Notes: generated by a model from the sequence alone, not told the origin. DNA of 64,000 bases from an uncultured bacterium (GCA_965541585.1 CBEUCH010000001.1:384001-448000), one strand, 5' to 3'. Positions 1-9,540 are shown, numbered from the stretch's first letter. Translations and numbers: made by a program.

Positions 1-23
1 ACGATTTCTGCTTTTTATTTTAT

Positions 24-51
24 TTGGACTGGGGTTGGATTTTTGTATAAT
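24..51 (+). promoter_or_regulatory. Putative sigma70 promoter of the moaC operon
   Basis: Perfect TATAAT at 46-51 with a weak TTGGAC at 24-29 (16-bp spacer), in an AT-rich context. Confidence 0.5.
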
Positions 52-182
52 AATGCCCTGTGTACGGCGGGTTTGACGTTTACCCGGGACAGGGCGATCG
101 GACCTCCGTCCCCCGGGTTCAGGAGAATTTCCGATATGGTTTCAATTGCAGGCCATAAACCTCAGGCGAAGGATATTGCGCG

Positions 183-677
183 ATGAAGAAAAAAAAGTTA
201 ACACACGTTACGGAGGAGGGCGAGGCTCGCATGGTGGATGTTGGCGGCAAGGAAGATACTGAAAGATACGCTGTTGTTAAGGGAAGGATTCTAATTTCGA
301 AAGAGCTGTTATCGAGATTCAGGGAGAACTCTCTCGAGAAGGGGGATGCTCTTGCAGTCGCCCGTATAGCCGGTATTCAGGGCGCCAAGAAGACCGCCGA
401 ACTTATTCCTTTATGCCATTCAATTCCTCTAACCTCCATATCCCTGGATCTGACGTTAGTTGATAACCCGCCGTCGGTGGAGATCAAGTCGACTGCCCGC
501 GCCAGATATAAAACAGGTGTCGAGATGGAGGCCTTGACGGGGGCGGCCGTTGCTGCTCTGACCATTTATGATATGGGAAAGGCCATTGACAGGGGAATGG
601 TAATAGAGTCGATTGAACTGGTGGAAAAATCCGGCGGCAGAAGCGGTCAATGGAAAAGGGAGAAAGGGTCTGATTGA
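183..677 (+). CDS. moaC: Cyclic pyranopterin monophosphate synthase MoaC
   Basis: LTH..ARMVDV, ELIPLCH, TGVEMEAL, TIYDMxKA and EKSGG motifs. Confidence 0.97.
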   Translation: MKKKKLTHVTEEGEARMVDVGGKEDTERYAVVKGRILISKELLSRFRENSLEKGDALAVARIAGIQGAKKTAELIPLCHSIPLTSISLDLTLVDNPPSVEIKSTARARYKTGVEMEALTGAAVAALTIYDMGKAIDRGMVIESIELVEKSGGRSGQWKREKGSD

Positions 678-1870
678 AAGACTGGCTGATCAAGTTAAAT
701 CTGCGGTTCGATAGAAACGAGATAAGCGGTTCCCTCGGAGATATGGGGACTTTTCTTCCTCTGGTCGCCGGTATGGTGAACCGTTGCGGGATGAACCTGG
801 GACATATTCTGTTTTTTGCCGGGGCGATGAACCTGGTAACCGGCCTGACTTTCGGAATACCTATGCCGGTGCAGCCGATGAAGGCCATAGCCGCCGTTGC
901 GATAACCGAAGGGATGAATCAAAATATGATCATTGCCTCCGGTATTGCAGCCGGTGCGGCGATACTGATCCTGTCAGCGACCGGCTTGATAAACTTCGTT
1001 TATAGAATTGTCCCCAAACCTGTGGTTCGAGGTCTTCAACTGGCCATAGGCTTGAAATTGCTTATCATAGGTGTGGAGATGATCGCCGGCACGGGGCGGT
1101 TGCTGGCTCTGGATTCAGTTACCACTGCCCTGCTATGTCTGTCAATAGCGCTGATATCTTTTCGCTATAAAAGGATTCCCGGAGCCCTCATCATATTCAT
1201 CCTCGGAGCGGGGATGCTATTCTGGGCCAGGCCCGATATTCTTTCCCGGCTTACGTTGGGATGGGAACTTCCCCATTTTATTTTTCCATCGACCTCGGAT
1301 TTTTTGGCCGGTGCGTGGCGAGGTGCGGTGCCGCAAATTCCGCTCACGGTTATGAATTCTGTCATAGCAGTCTGCGCGCTGTCGGCTGATCTCTTCCCCG
1401 AAAGATCTCTCTCTCCCCGCAAGGTCTCGATGAGCGTAGCCATCATGAACATCGTTAGCTGTCCCCTGGGGGGCATGCCCATGTGTCACGGTTCGGGAGG
1501 ATTGGCTGCACAATACAGATTCGGCGCCCGCACGGGCGGCAGCGTTGTATTCCTGGGCCTGGCCAAGATGGTTCTTGCTGTCGTTTTTGGCAGCTCCCTT
1601 TTGACAATAATATCGATATACCCGGCAAGTGTCCTGGGGGTATTGCTTATATTTAGCGGATATGAACTTGCCATCGTCTGCCGCGATCAAACCGAATTAT
1701 CCCGGGTTCTCATAATGGTGCTCACGGCGGGGGTGTGTATTGCCGCCAACATCGCTGTTGGGACTATAGCCGGATTAGCTTTAGCCCTGTTTTTAGAAAG
1801 GGGTTTCCCCGGTTCGAAGTCTCGCCGGGCCAATAGTGAGAACGTTACCGGGACGAAAGAGGAAAGTTAA
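674..1870 (+). CDS. MOT1-family molybdate transporter
   Basis: Polytopic membrane protein with EISGSLGDMGTFLP, PMPVQPMKAIAAVA and MPMCHGSGGLAAQYRFGARTG motifs; lies in a Moco operon; TTG start overlaps the moaC stop. Confidence 0.88.
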   Translation: MKDWLIKLNLRFDRNEISGSLGDMGTFLPLVAGMVNRCGMNLGHILFFAGAMNLVTGLTFGIPMPVQPMKAIAAVAITEGMNQNMIIASGIAAGAAILILSATGLINFVYRIVPKPVVRGLQLAIGLKLLIIGVEMIAGTGRLLALDSVTTALLCLSIALISFRYKRIPGALIIFILGAGMLFWARPDILSRLTLGWELPHFIFPSTSDFLAGAWRGAVPQIPLTVMNSVIAVCALSADLFPERSLSPRKVSMSVAIMNIVSCPLGGMPMCHGSGGLAAQYRFGARTGGSVVFLGLAKMVLAVVFGSSLLTIISIYPASVLGVLLIFSGYELAIVCRDQTELSRVLIMVLTAGVCIAANIAVGTIAGLALALFLERGFPGSKSRRANSENVTGTKEES

Positions 1871-2325
1871 TGCCAGAGATCCGGAAGGCAGTGAAACCGC
1901 ATATTTTTCGCATCTCCATTGCGGCAGAGATAGGGCAGAAAAAACGCAATGTAAAAAGCGCCCTTCTTAAGGCCGGTGAGGGTATCAAAGGAGACGCCCA
2001 TTCCGGATCAGCCAGACCGGTAAGTCTATTGCCATTCGAGAGCTTCAAAAAATTAGAGCATCCGGACCTGGATATAAATCCCGGCGATTTTGCGGAGAAC
2101 ATCACAACCCTGGGAGTTGATTTTGCGGGATTGACAATTGGCACGAAGCTTTTACTTGGACAGGTGGTGGAAGTGGAGATAATTCAAATCGGGAAAGAAT
2201 GTCACCTCGGATGCATAATAAGAGAAACCGTGGGCGATTGCATCATGCCCAGGGAGGGCGTCTTTGCGCAGGTGCTGACGGGAGGCGAGATCAGGGAGGG
2301 TGATCCTGTTCGTATATTAAGCTGA
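1870..2325 (+). CDS. MOSC domain protein
   Basis: GIKGDAH, PGDFAENITT and QIGKECH..C..CIMPREGVFA motifs. Confidence 0.92.
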   Translation: MPEIRKAVKPHIFRISIAAEIGQKKRNVKSALLKAGEGIKGDAHSGSARPVSLLPFESFKKLEHPDLDINPGDFAENITTLGVDFAGLTIGTKLLLGQVVEVEIIQIGKECHLGCIIRETVGDCIMPREGVFAQVLTGGEIREGDPVRILS

Positions 2326-2326
2326 T

Positions 2327-3526
2327 ATGGTTAGTTTAGAGCAAGCTCAGGAGATAATTGACAAAAGGGTCGAAGAGCTTCCATTCCGGGATGCTCAGCT
2401 ATTCGATGTTGTTGGCTGCGTATTAGCAGAGGAGATCATGGCGCCTATTAACGTGCCCGATTTCGCCAGCTCCGCAATGGATGGCATCGCAATCCGTTTT
2501 GAGGATCTGAAGGGAGCTGCACCCTGGAAGATACCGATTCAAAAAGTTATAGAAGCCGGGAGCGAGAATCAAGATGCCCTTCTGCCAGGCAAGGCGGTGA
2601 AGATAATGACCGGCGCCCCGTTGCCTGAAGGGGCGGATACCGTTATACCCGTCGAAGATGTCCGCTTTGAAGCCGAATACACGATCTTAAAAGAGCGCCC
2701 TGAAAAGGGCCGGCATGTTCGCCCTCTTGGGGATGATATTCGAAAAGGGCGAGTTCTTTTTAAGAGAGGTAAGATCCTATCGCCGATTGACGCGGGCATT
2801 CTGGCATCATCAGGGCTATCAACCGTGAAAATTGTGCCCAGACCCAAAATCGGATTAATTTCTACCGGTTCCGAGTTAGTTAAACCGGGCGGGAAATTGA
2901 GGCGGGGGAAGATCTATGATAGCAATTATGCCTTCCTGCGATCCATGCTGATTCACGACGGCCATCATCAAGACGAAAAAATGAGCGTGATTGTAGATGA
3001 ACCTGATAATATCTCACGAGCATTGCAGGAATGCGGGAAGGAAAACGACCTGGTTATTTCGACGGGGGCTGTATCGGCAGGGGATTTCGATTTTATCCCC
3101 CGGGAAATCGAGCGGTTGGGTGGAGAAATAATCTTTCATAAAGCAAAAATAAAGCCGGGAAAGCCGGTTCTCCTGGCCAGGTTAGATAAGTGCTGGCTGG
3201 TAGGACTTCCGGGTAATCCCGTGAGCGCCATGGTCTGCTTTCATTTTTTTGCCCGGCGAGTGATCTCACGCCTGATGGGAATTCCCTTTAAGCCCGGAAG
3301 CTTAAAGGCCAGGTTAGGCGAGGATCTGTTAGTCAAAGGAAGTCGCTGCGTGGTAGTCGGCGCCAGGTTTGAAAGCGGTCCTGATGGCATAATTGCGCAT
3401 CCGGTTACCCGCCAATCATCGGGAAGGCTGTCCTCGATAGCGGATATCGATGGTTTTATCCTGCTTGATGGAGGCTCGAGAACCGTGCCCGGGGGCTCGG
3501 AGGTATACGGGGAGCGGTTGTATTGA
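2327..3526 (+). CDS. moeA: Molybdopterin molybdotransferase MoeA
   Basis: SAMDG, IMTGAPLPEGADTV, STGSEL, KPGKP and GLPGNPVSA motifs. Confidence 0.96.
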   Translation: MVSLEQAQEIIDKRVEELPFRDAQLFDVVGCVLAEEIMAPINVPDFASSAMDGIAIRFEDLKGAAPWKIPIQKVIEAGSENQDALLPGKAVKIMTGAPLPEGADTVIPVEDVRFEAEYTILKERPEKGRHVRPLGDDIRKGRVLFKRGKILSPIDAGILASSGLSTVKIVPRPKIGLISTGSELVKPGGKLRRGKIYDSNYAFLRSMLIHDGHHQDEKMSVIVDEPDNISRALQECGKENDLVISTGAVSAGDFDFIPREIERLGGEIIFHKAKIKPGKPVLLARLDKCWLVGLPGNPVSAMVCFHFFARRVISRLMGIPFKPGSLKARLGEDLLVKGSRCVVVGARFESGPDGIIAHPVTRQSSGRLSSIADIDGFILLDGGSRTVPGGSEVYGERLY

Positions 3527-4098
3527 GTAAGTATTATAACGATGTTACGGGATTTATACTCGCCGGCGGGGAAAGCAAAAGGTTGGGCCGGGACAAACGT
3601 ACCTTAAGCATTGGAGGCCAGACCCTTCTTGCAAAGGCTCAGGAGCTTTTGAAAAACGTCTTCGGCGAAGAACCTTTCGTTGTGGGAGATAATCTTGTAA
3701 ATTTCGGTATAAATCCCAACCGGGTTATCCACGATGCTCGTCCGAATTGCGGTCCTCTCGGAGGGTTGGTGGCATCCCTGGAAAAATCGCCGAGCGAGTG
3801 GATCTTAGTCCTGGCCGTGGATATGCCATTCCTGGAGAAGACAGATATACAAGAGATGCTCAAAGCAGGCCGGGAACAGTATGATGTTCTCACGCTGTCA
3901 GCAGACGGCAGACCGGAGCCCCTGGCAGCATTATACAAGAATACTACGCTTCCGTTCTGGCGGGAGCGACTGAATAAAGGGATTCTCGGTCTGGGAGAGG
4001 GAATCGAGCAATTAGAATGGCAAAGCGTTTTGATCCCGGATAATAAGAGAGCTCTCCTTAATATCAATGACCAGGGCGATATAGGTGATCTTCATTGA
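3523..4098 (+). CDS. mobA: Molybdenum cofactor guanylyltransferase MobA
   Basis: ILAGGESKRLGRDK, GPLGGL, AVDMPF, EPLxALY and NIN motifs. Confidence 0.92.
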   Translation: MSKYYNDVTGFILAGGESKRLGRDKRTLSIGGQTLLAKAQELLKNVFGEEPFVVGDNLVNFGINPNRVIHDARPNCGPLGGLVASLEKSPSEWILVLAVDMPFLEKTDIQEMLKAGREQYDVLTLSADGRPEPLAALYKNTTLPFWRERLNKGILGLGEGIEQLEWQSVLIPDNKRALLNINDQGDIGDLH

Positions 4099-4149
4099 GT
4101 CAGGAGATGATGTTTTTCCTGATAAGAGACGTATATTGTCTGAAAATGA

Positions 4150-4175
4150 AGAAGCCGGGACCAGTCCCGGCTTCT
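4150..4175. terminator. Hairpin between convergent genes, likely terminator
   Basis: AGAAGCCGGGAC-CA-GTCCCGGCTTCT perfect 12-bp inverted repeat between mobA and the VIT-VWA gene. Confidence 0.7.
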
Positions 4176-4194
4176 ATCCTCGTCTGAACTGCAG

Positions 4195-6396
4195 CTAATT
4201 CTGGAATAAGGCTTCTAATTCGCTATCGGTAAGAAATTCTTTCCCGCTATCGGCGATCTGCACAACCTGGCCGCCGATTTTCAACCGCACTTCATCGCCC
4301 AATGCCAGATATCGTCCGAGTGAAGGGTCTTTCTCCAGCAATTGAAAATATGCGTTGGAGAACCGTTTAATTTCGATATCGTAATTATCGTTTTCGAGGT
4401 CTCCCTGTATCCAGTTGCTGCCGGACTGGAAGAAAGCCTGAGCGCCCACCTGTACGATATTGTTGAATTTCTTAATTTCCCCGCCGATATTGACTTCACC
4501 TTCAGGTATAGATAGCACCAAATCTCTCTGGGATTGGAGATTTTGAGATTGACTCACTGCCGATCTGCCGACCTGCTCATCCGCCATGAAATCCATTGAT
4601 TCCCGGAGCTTCTTCGACACTTCCGGAACAGGCATATTCCAGAACCTATCGTGCCTTCTGTGTTCATCTCCGGTTACGAGGAAGGAAGTGTATTCGGTGA
4701 TAATGCCGTATTTTTTGGATAACTCCACAACCTCGGTCAGAAGCTCATCGGATCTGCCATGCAAGCGCATCTGCTGAAGGAGATAGCCGATGCGGCGGTT
4801 AGCCCAGAGCAATGCTATATATTCATCTTTTATGGAACCGCCGGAGAATGTGATCGGGAATTCGTATGTCACATCGTTATTTCCGGCTTTTCCAGTTATT
4901 ACAGCATGCGATCTGCCGTTACCCTGAAAGCGTCCGGTTATGACGATCTCAGAGCCGTAAAAGAGATCCGGCAAAGGATCCGGGTATAAATGATGGGTTG
5001 TCATGGGATTGAATACGAGAGCCAGATCAGTAAGTGCAGGATAGCTTATCTTGCTTGCCAACCGCGATACCTTGATCTCTATATCCTCGCCGGGGAGGAC
5101 ATATTCGGCGGCCCCCTTATTATCCTCGGACAGACGATCGAGGAGGTGAGCGTTGACATCATACCCGACGCCGAATATGAACATCCGGGCGCGTCCCTCG
5201 TTCAAAGCTGTCGTATTCCGTATGATGCTTTCAATATTAGTGTTGCCGGATGTCGGCAGGCCGTCGGTTATAAAGATGATATAGGTGGGATCGCCGTCCG
5301 ATGCTATCATGCGGCAGCCGGTATCGAGGGCATTATAGATGTCGGTGCCGCCGGAGGCATCCAGCCCTTCGGCAAATGCCATGGCTGCTTCGATATTATT
5401 CTCGCTGGCTTTTATGAGTTCCGGCCTGAAAGGCCTGACCGCATCGTCATAATCGATGACGGCGAACTCGTCGCCGGCGTTGAGACCGAGAAGACAGAAT
5501 CTCAAAGCATCGATAGCCTGATGCATCTTATCGCCGCGCATACTGCCTGAGGAATCGAGGATGAAGATGACATTTTTATCAATATTTTTCAGGCGGCTTT
5601 CGAGCGGAGGGGAGAGAATTCCCAGAAAATGCCCGTCATCGGAACCGGGTTGTCTATAGGATAATAGATGGAATCCGAAATCCCTGTTCTGCCGGGTAAA
5701 ATGAAGGATGAAATCCTTATTCGGTCTGGTGTTTTTTTCATAAAATGACGCTATCAGCGATTTATCGTTAAGCCGTTCAGTCGTGATAGTATGTGTCGGG
5801 CAGTAGACGGAACCGATATTCTCGAAGGATTTGATCTTAAGATCGATTTTACATTCTTCGAGATTTGCGCCGGAGAATTTCTCCGTATTCAGAGGATACA
5901 AATATTCCACATTACCGTTTTCCGATTTCAAAGTCTGCTCGTATTCGATCTTGATCCGCACTTCGCCCCGGGCCGGGATGGGAAAAATCCTCATCCGGTA
6001 CATGCCTTTGCCGGCATATTCCAGGAGGGCCGGGTCTTTGAGCCGGCGGACGATATCCCGGTATATCTTCCTGGCCTGATCGGCATCGAGAAGTTCAGCC
6101 TCCATCTTGTGTCCCCCGAGCCAGGCCGTAAAGCGGCTGACGGATGCACCCTCGGGTAAGGGGAATATATAGTCGGCTTCCATATCGCGATGGTACGGGT
6201 TGACGAATACCTGATCCACTTTTGTCAAAGCGATGGGGTCATTTATCTCCACTTCGACATGGTGGTATTTAACATCCACTGCCGGTCTGGGGGGCATCCA
6301 GGGCATCGGGCGTGGGATTATAAAGCCGTCGGCAACAGCAGAGCCCGCCATCGCCAGGACAAACATCATGAGTAAGAACAGCTGTCTCATTTTCAT
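4195..6396 (-). CDS. Secreted VIT and von Willebrand factor A domain protein
   Basis: Signal peptide ending AVA-DG; VIT-like N-terminus (YIFPLPEGASV, DPALLEY); MIDAS motif DSSGSM, GGTD and FITDGLPT. Confidence 0.9.
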   Translation of the reverse strand: MKMRQLFLLMMFVLAMAGSAVADGFIIPRPMPWMPPRPAVDVKYHHVEVEINDPIALTKVDQVFVNPYHRDMEADYIFPLPEGASVSRFTAWLGGHKMEAELLDADQARKIYRDIVRRLKDPALLEYAGKGMYRMRIFPIPARGEVRIKIEYEQTLKSENGNVEYLYPLNTEKFSGANLEECKIDLKIKSFENIGSVYCPTHTITTERLNDKSLIASFYEKNTRPNKDFILHFTRQNRDFGFHLLSYRQPGSDDGHFLGILSPPLESRLKNIDKNVIFILDSSGSMRGDKMHQAIDALRFCLLGLNAGDEFAVIDYDDAVRPFRPELIKASENNIEAAMAFAEGLDASGGTDIYNALDTGCRMIASDGDPTYIIFITDGLPTSGNTNIESIIRNTTALNEGRARMFIFGVGYDVNAHLLDRLSEDNKGAAEYVLPGEDIEIKVSRLASKISYPALTDLALVFNPMTTHHLYPDPLPDLFYGSEIVITGRFQGNGRSHAVITGKAGNNDVTYEFPITFSGGSIKDEYIALLWANRRIGYLLQQMRLHGRSDELLTEVVELSKKYGIITEYTSFLVTGDEHRRHDRFWNMPVPEVSKKLRESMDFMADEQVGRSAVSQSQNLQSQRDLVLSIPEGEVNIGGEIKKFNNIVQVGAQAFFQSGSNWIQGDLENDNYDIEIKRFSNAYFQLLEKDPSLGRYLALGDEVRLKIGGQVVQIADSGKEFLTDSELEALFQN

Positions 6397-6554
6397 CCTC
6401 CATTATGTTGTGGTTAAGCTGGCAAGCTCGCCGTTGTCTTTCTGTTCTGTTATACGTCCGCGTTAGGAATATATTCCATTTTTTATGATAGTTGTTCGAT
6501 AACCCGGGTTCAGGTACTGAATTCGCAGAGAAATTTGCTGGATATCAAATCATC

Positions 6555-6583
6555 TTGACTCTCCTGGCAACCTTATCTATTAT
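6555..6583 (+). promoter_or_regulatory. sigma70 promoter of mocA-xdhC-yqeB-mog
   Basis: TTGACT-N17-TATTAT. Confidence 0.65.
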
Positions 6584-6674
6584 GATTTTTGGTGGAGAAA
6601 TCTGAAAATCTTACGTCCCCTGTTAACAGTCGAGAGACCTCGGTGCCGCAGTTTAAGGGAAGGTCGGTTTTAGC

Positions 6675-7259
6675 GTGAAGATTGTCGGTGCGATCCTGGC
6701 GGCGGGAACGTCATCTCGAATGGGGCGCAACAAGTTGCTGTTGCCGTATAGAGAACATACGGTAATCGAGGAGGTTATGGTTCAATTATTGAAATCCGAC
6801 CTGGATGAAATCATTATAGTAACTGGATTTCAAAGAGAACAACTCGAGCAATTGATTCAGTTAAATCATAAAGATTATATCAAGATCGTTTACAATGAAA
6901 ACTTCAGACTCGGCCGGGCGGAATCGATCAAATGCGCAGTTAGAAATGTCGGCGATCGGGCAGATGCCATATTATTCATGGTGGGAGATAAGCCTACGGT
7001 GGGTGCAGAGTTGATTAGCAGAGCAATAGCTGAATTTAAGCGAAAATCACCTGATATATTATATGTGAAAACGCCGGCAGGGCGTGGTCACCCGATTATA
7101 TTTTCGAAAAGACTTTTCGATGAGTTGTTGATGCTGGACGGCGATATGGTGGGCGATAAGATAATAACCAATCATATGAACAATGTTGTGGAGTTAGAGG
7201 ATAGTGAGGTACAGGCTGATATCGATACGATAGAAGATTACAGGGTCTTGACGGAGTGA
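6675..7259 (+). CDS. mocA: Molybdenum cofactor cytidylyltransferase (MocA-like)
   Basis: ILAAGTSSRMGRNKLLL, GDxP, GHPIIF and DIDT motifs; adjacent to xdhC and yqeB. Confidence 0.82.
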   Translation: MKIVGAILAAGTSSRMGRNKLLLPYREHTVIEEVMVQLLKSDLDEIIIVTGFQREQLEQLIQLNHKDYIKIVYNENFRLGRAESIKCAVRNVGDRADAILFMVGDKPTVGAELISRAIAEFKRKSPDILYVKTPAGRGHPIIFSKRLFDELLMLDGDMVGDKIITNHMNNVVELEDSEVQADIDTIEDYRVLTE

Positions 7260-7286
7260 TGTATAAGTTAGATCCCGGGGTATCCA

Positions 7287-8069
7287 GTGGACATTTATAA
7301 GGAATTAGCAAAGCGCCGGGACGCCGGCCAACCTTTCGTCCTGGCCACCATTGTGAGGACGGCCGGATCATCGCCGCGGCAAGTAGGGGCCAGGATGCTG
7401 GTTTTCCCCGACGGTTCAATTTCAGGGACCATAGGCGGCGGCAATTTTGAAAAGCTGGTAATCGATGATTGCCTGAGTTTATTCGAGGGCAAGGGAAATC
7501 ATCTTATGAAAAAATATAGCTTCTCCCGGACCGGACCCGAGGCCACGGGTATGTGCTGCGGGGGAGAAGCGGAGGTTTTCATGGAGTTGCATGGCAAGCC
7601 GCCGAGATTGATCATATTCGGCGGCGGACATATCGGAAGGGAATTGGCGAAAATCACTGCCGGTCTGGAATTCAAGATAACTATAGTCGATGACAGGCAG
7701 CATATACTGGATCAATACAGCGCCCCGATCGAGACAGTCAAAACCGATATGGACTATGAGTATAATCTGCCCTCGCTAGATAATAGTTGTTACGTTGTCA
7801 TAGTCACCCGCAGCCATCCGATCGACAAATTGATCCTGGAGAGAGTGGTCAAACATGATTGTACTTATGTTGGGATGATTGGCTCAAAGACAAAAATCAA
7901 GAAAATGTTTTCCACTCTGAAAGAAGAGGGGACAGAAGGATCGCTTCTTGATAAAGTGCACGCGCCCATCGGACTCGATATAGGAGCCGAGGGCCCTTAC
8001 GAGATAGCGGTCTCTATTGCTGCTGAGTTAATAGCTGTAAAAAGAAAAAAATTAAGACCGAAGAGTTGA
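7287..8069 (+). CDS. xdhC: XdhC/CoxI-family molybdenum hydroxylase maturation protein
   Basis: GSSPR..GARM, GTIGGG, GMCCGG, YVGMIGS and APIGLDIGAEGPYEIAVSI motifs. Confidence 0.92.
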   Translation: MDIYKELAKRRDAGQPFVLATIVRTAGSSPRQVGARMLVFPDGSISGTIGGGNFEKLVIDDCLSLFEGKGNHLMKKYSFSRTGPEATGMCCGGEAEVFMELHGKPPRLIIFGGGHIGRELAKITAGLEFKITIVDDRQHILDQYSAPIETVKTDMDYEYNLPSLDNSCYVVIVTRSHPIDKLILERVVKHDCTYVGMIGSKTKIKKMFSTLKEEGTEGSLLDKVHAPIGLDIGAEGPYEIAVSIAAELIAVKRKKLRPKS

Positions 8070-8887
8070 GCGATCAATTGATAGAGAATAGAGTTGTCGT
8101 CAGAGGCGCGGGGGAGATGGCCTCGGGCGTTATAAGACGGTTATCCCTGGCGGGATTTGAGGTGATCGCCCTCGAACAGGAGCAACCGGATTGTATCCGT
8201 CGAACCGTATGCTTTGCGGAGGCCGTGTATGAGAAGAAAATCTCTATTGAAGGTGTAACCGCCAGGCTCACACGGACAAACGATAATCCCTCAACAATAA
8301 AAGCTGATGGTATTGTCGCAATACTAGTTGATGCGGAGGCAAGCCTTCTTCCGGTTCTCGATCCGTCGATTGTTATCGATGGACGGATGCTGAAGCAAGA
8401 TATAAACTCCACGCTTGAAATGGCTCCCATCGTGATTGGCCTCGGTCCGGGGTTTGTTGCGGGTATTAATTGCCATGCCGCAATCGAGACGAATCGCGGT
8501 TTCGATCTGGGACGAGCCATTTATAATGGTACTCCTCAAACCTACACCGGCGTGCCGGCTCCAGTGGAAGGCATAAGCCAGGATCGATTGTTATGTTCCC
8601 CGGCTGATGGTAAGCTTAAAGCGTATTTGAAAATTGGAGACGAGGTTGAACCAGGGGAGAAAGTAGCTGAGGTATCCGGCCTACCGGTCGAAAGCCGCAT
8701 CGGGGGAGTCCTCAGAGGCCTGGCGCGGGATAATCTTATGGTGAAGCAGAGTCAGAAAATCGGCGATATCGATCCCCGCGGAATCAGGGAATATTGTTTC
8801 AGAATCTCCGATAAGGCCAACGCCGTTGCCGGTGGAGTTCTGGAGGCTATATATGTTTTGAGGCGTCGAATGAATCCGGGCATATGA
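8066..8887 (+). CDS. yqeB: Selenium-dependent molybdenum hydroxylase system protein YqeB family
   Basis: VRGAGEMASG, IRRTVCFAEAVY, IGLGPGF, IETNRG..LG, GDIDPR and ISDKA..VAGGVLEA motifs. Confidence 0.9.
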   Translation: MSDQLIENRVVVRGAGEMASGVIRRLSLAGFEVIALEQEQPDCIRRTVCFAEAVYEKKISIEGVTARLTRTNDNPSTIKADGIVAILVDAEASLLPVLDPSIVIDGRMLKQDINSTLEMAPIVIGLGPGFVAGINCHAAIETNRGFDLGRAIYNGTPQTYTGVPAPVEGISQDRLLCSPADGKLKAYLKIGDEVEPGEKVAEVSGLPVESRIGGVLRGLARDNLMVKQSQKIGDIDPRGIREYCFRISDKANAVAGGVLEAIYVLRRRMNPGI

Positions 8888-8903
8888 TCTCGGGGTTACT
8901 ACA

Positions 8904-9419
8904 ATGAGCCAGGTCAATCAGGAATCATCACAGAAAAAGTTCAAGGCGGCCATACTGATCGCCAGCGATAGAGCATATTCAGGAGAGCGCCCGGACAAAA
9001 CCGGACCGGCCCTGGGAAAAAGGCTGGAGGAACTGGGATATCCGGTTACCTTTCTCGAGGTTGTTCCCGACGACCGCCTGAAGATAGAATCGATGCTGAG
9101 AGAGTGGGTAACGGAAGAAAGAATCCACCTGATACTTGTGTCCGGAGGAACAGGTCTTTCTCCCGCCGACGTTACTCCGGAGGCAACCCTGGGCATCATC
9201 GAAAGGCGCGTGCCGGGAATGGAAGAAGCTATGAGACAGGCATCGGCGAAGATAACGCCTTTTGGAATGCTCTCCAGAGGCGTGGTCGGTGCGGTAAAAG
9301 AAAGCCTGATCATCAATCTGCCGGGCAGCCCGAAGGCAGCTCTGGAAAACCTGGGAATAGTAGAACCGGCTCTGAAACATGCACTTGAACTGATCAGTGG
9401 CGGCCACCCCGATCCGTGA
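8904..9419 (+). CDS. mog: Molybdopterin adenylyltransferase (MogA/MoaB family)
   Basis: SDR, DKTGP, GGTGLSPADVTPEAT and INLPGSP motifs. Confidence 0.92.
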   Translation: MSQVNQESSQKKFKAAILIASDRAYSGERPDKTGPALGKRLEELGYPVTFLEVVPDDRLKIESMLREWVTEERIHLILVSGGTGLSPADVTPEATLGIIERRVPGMEEAMRQASAKITPFGMLSRGVVGAVKESLIINLPGSPKAALENLGIVEPALKHALELISGGHPDP

Positions 9420-9511
9420 TATTGTACACATCTCAATGATTATTCGAGATAAATAATCATCGTTGCGGCAGCCTACTATTAAGCATCATTATTATCATCC
9501 GGCAAATTCCC

Positions 9512-9540
9512 TTGCCCGCATAGGCGTTAATGTTTAATAT
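9512..9540 (+). promoter_or_regulatory. Putative sigma70 promoter of the acyl-CoA synthetase gene
   Basis: TTGCCC-N17-TAATAT followed by a GGAGG RBS. Confidence 0.45.

Noticed and set aside
55..182. tRNA-Sec, SRP or 6S RNA upstream of moaC
   Set aside because: No T-loop or CCA cloverleaf, no SRP GGAA/AGCAG core, and no long closing stem typical of 6S
6675..9419. Selenocysteine readthrough of TGA stops in the yqeB block
   Set aside because: All four proteins are full length at their TGA, and the YqeB system concerns labile cofactor selenium rather than Sec
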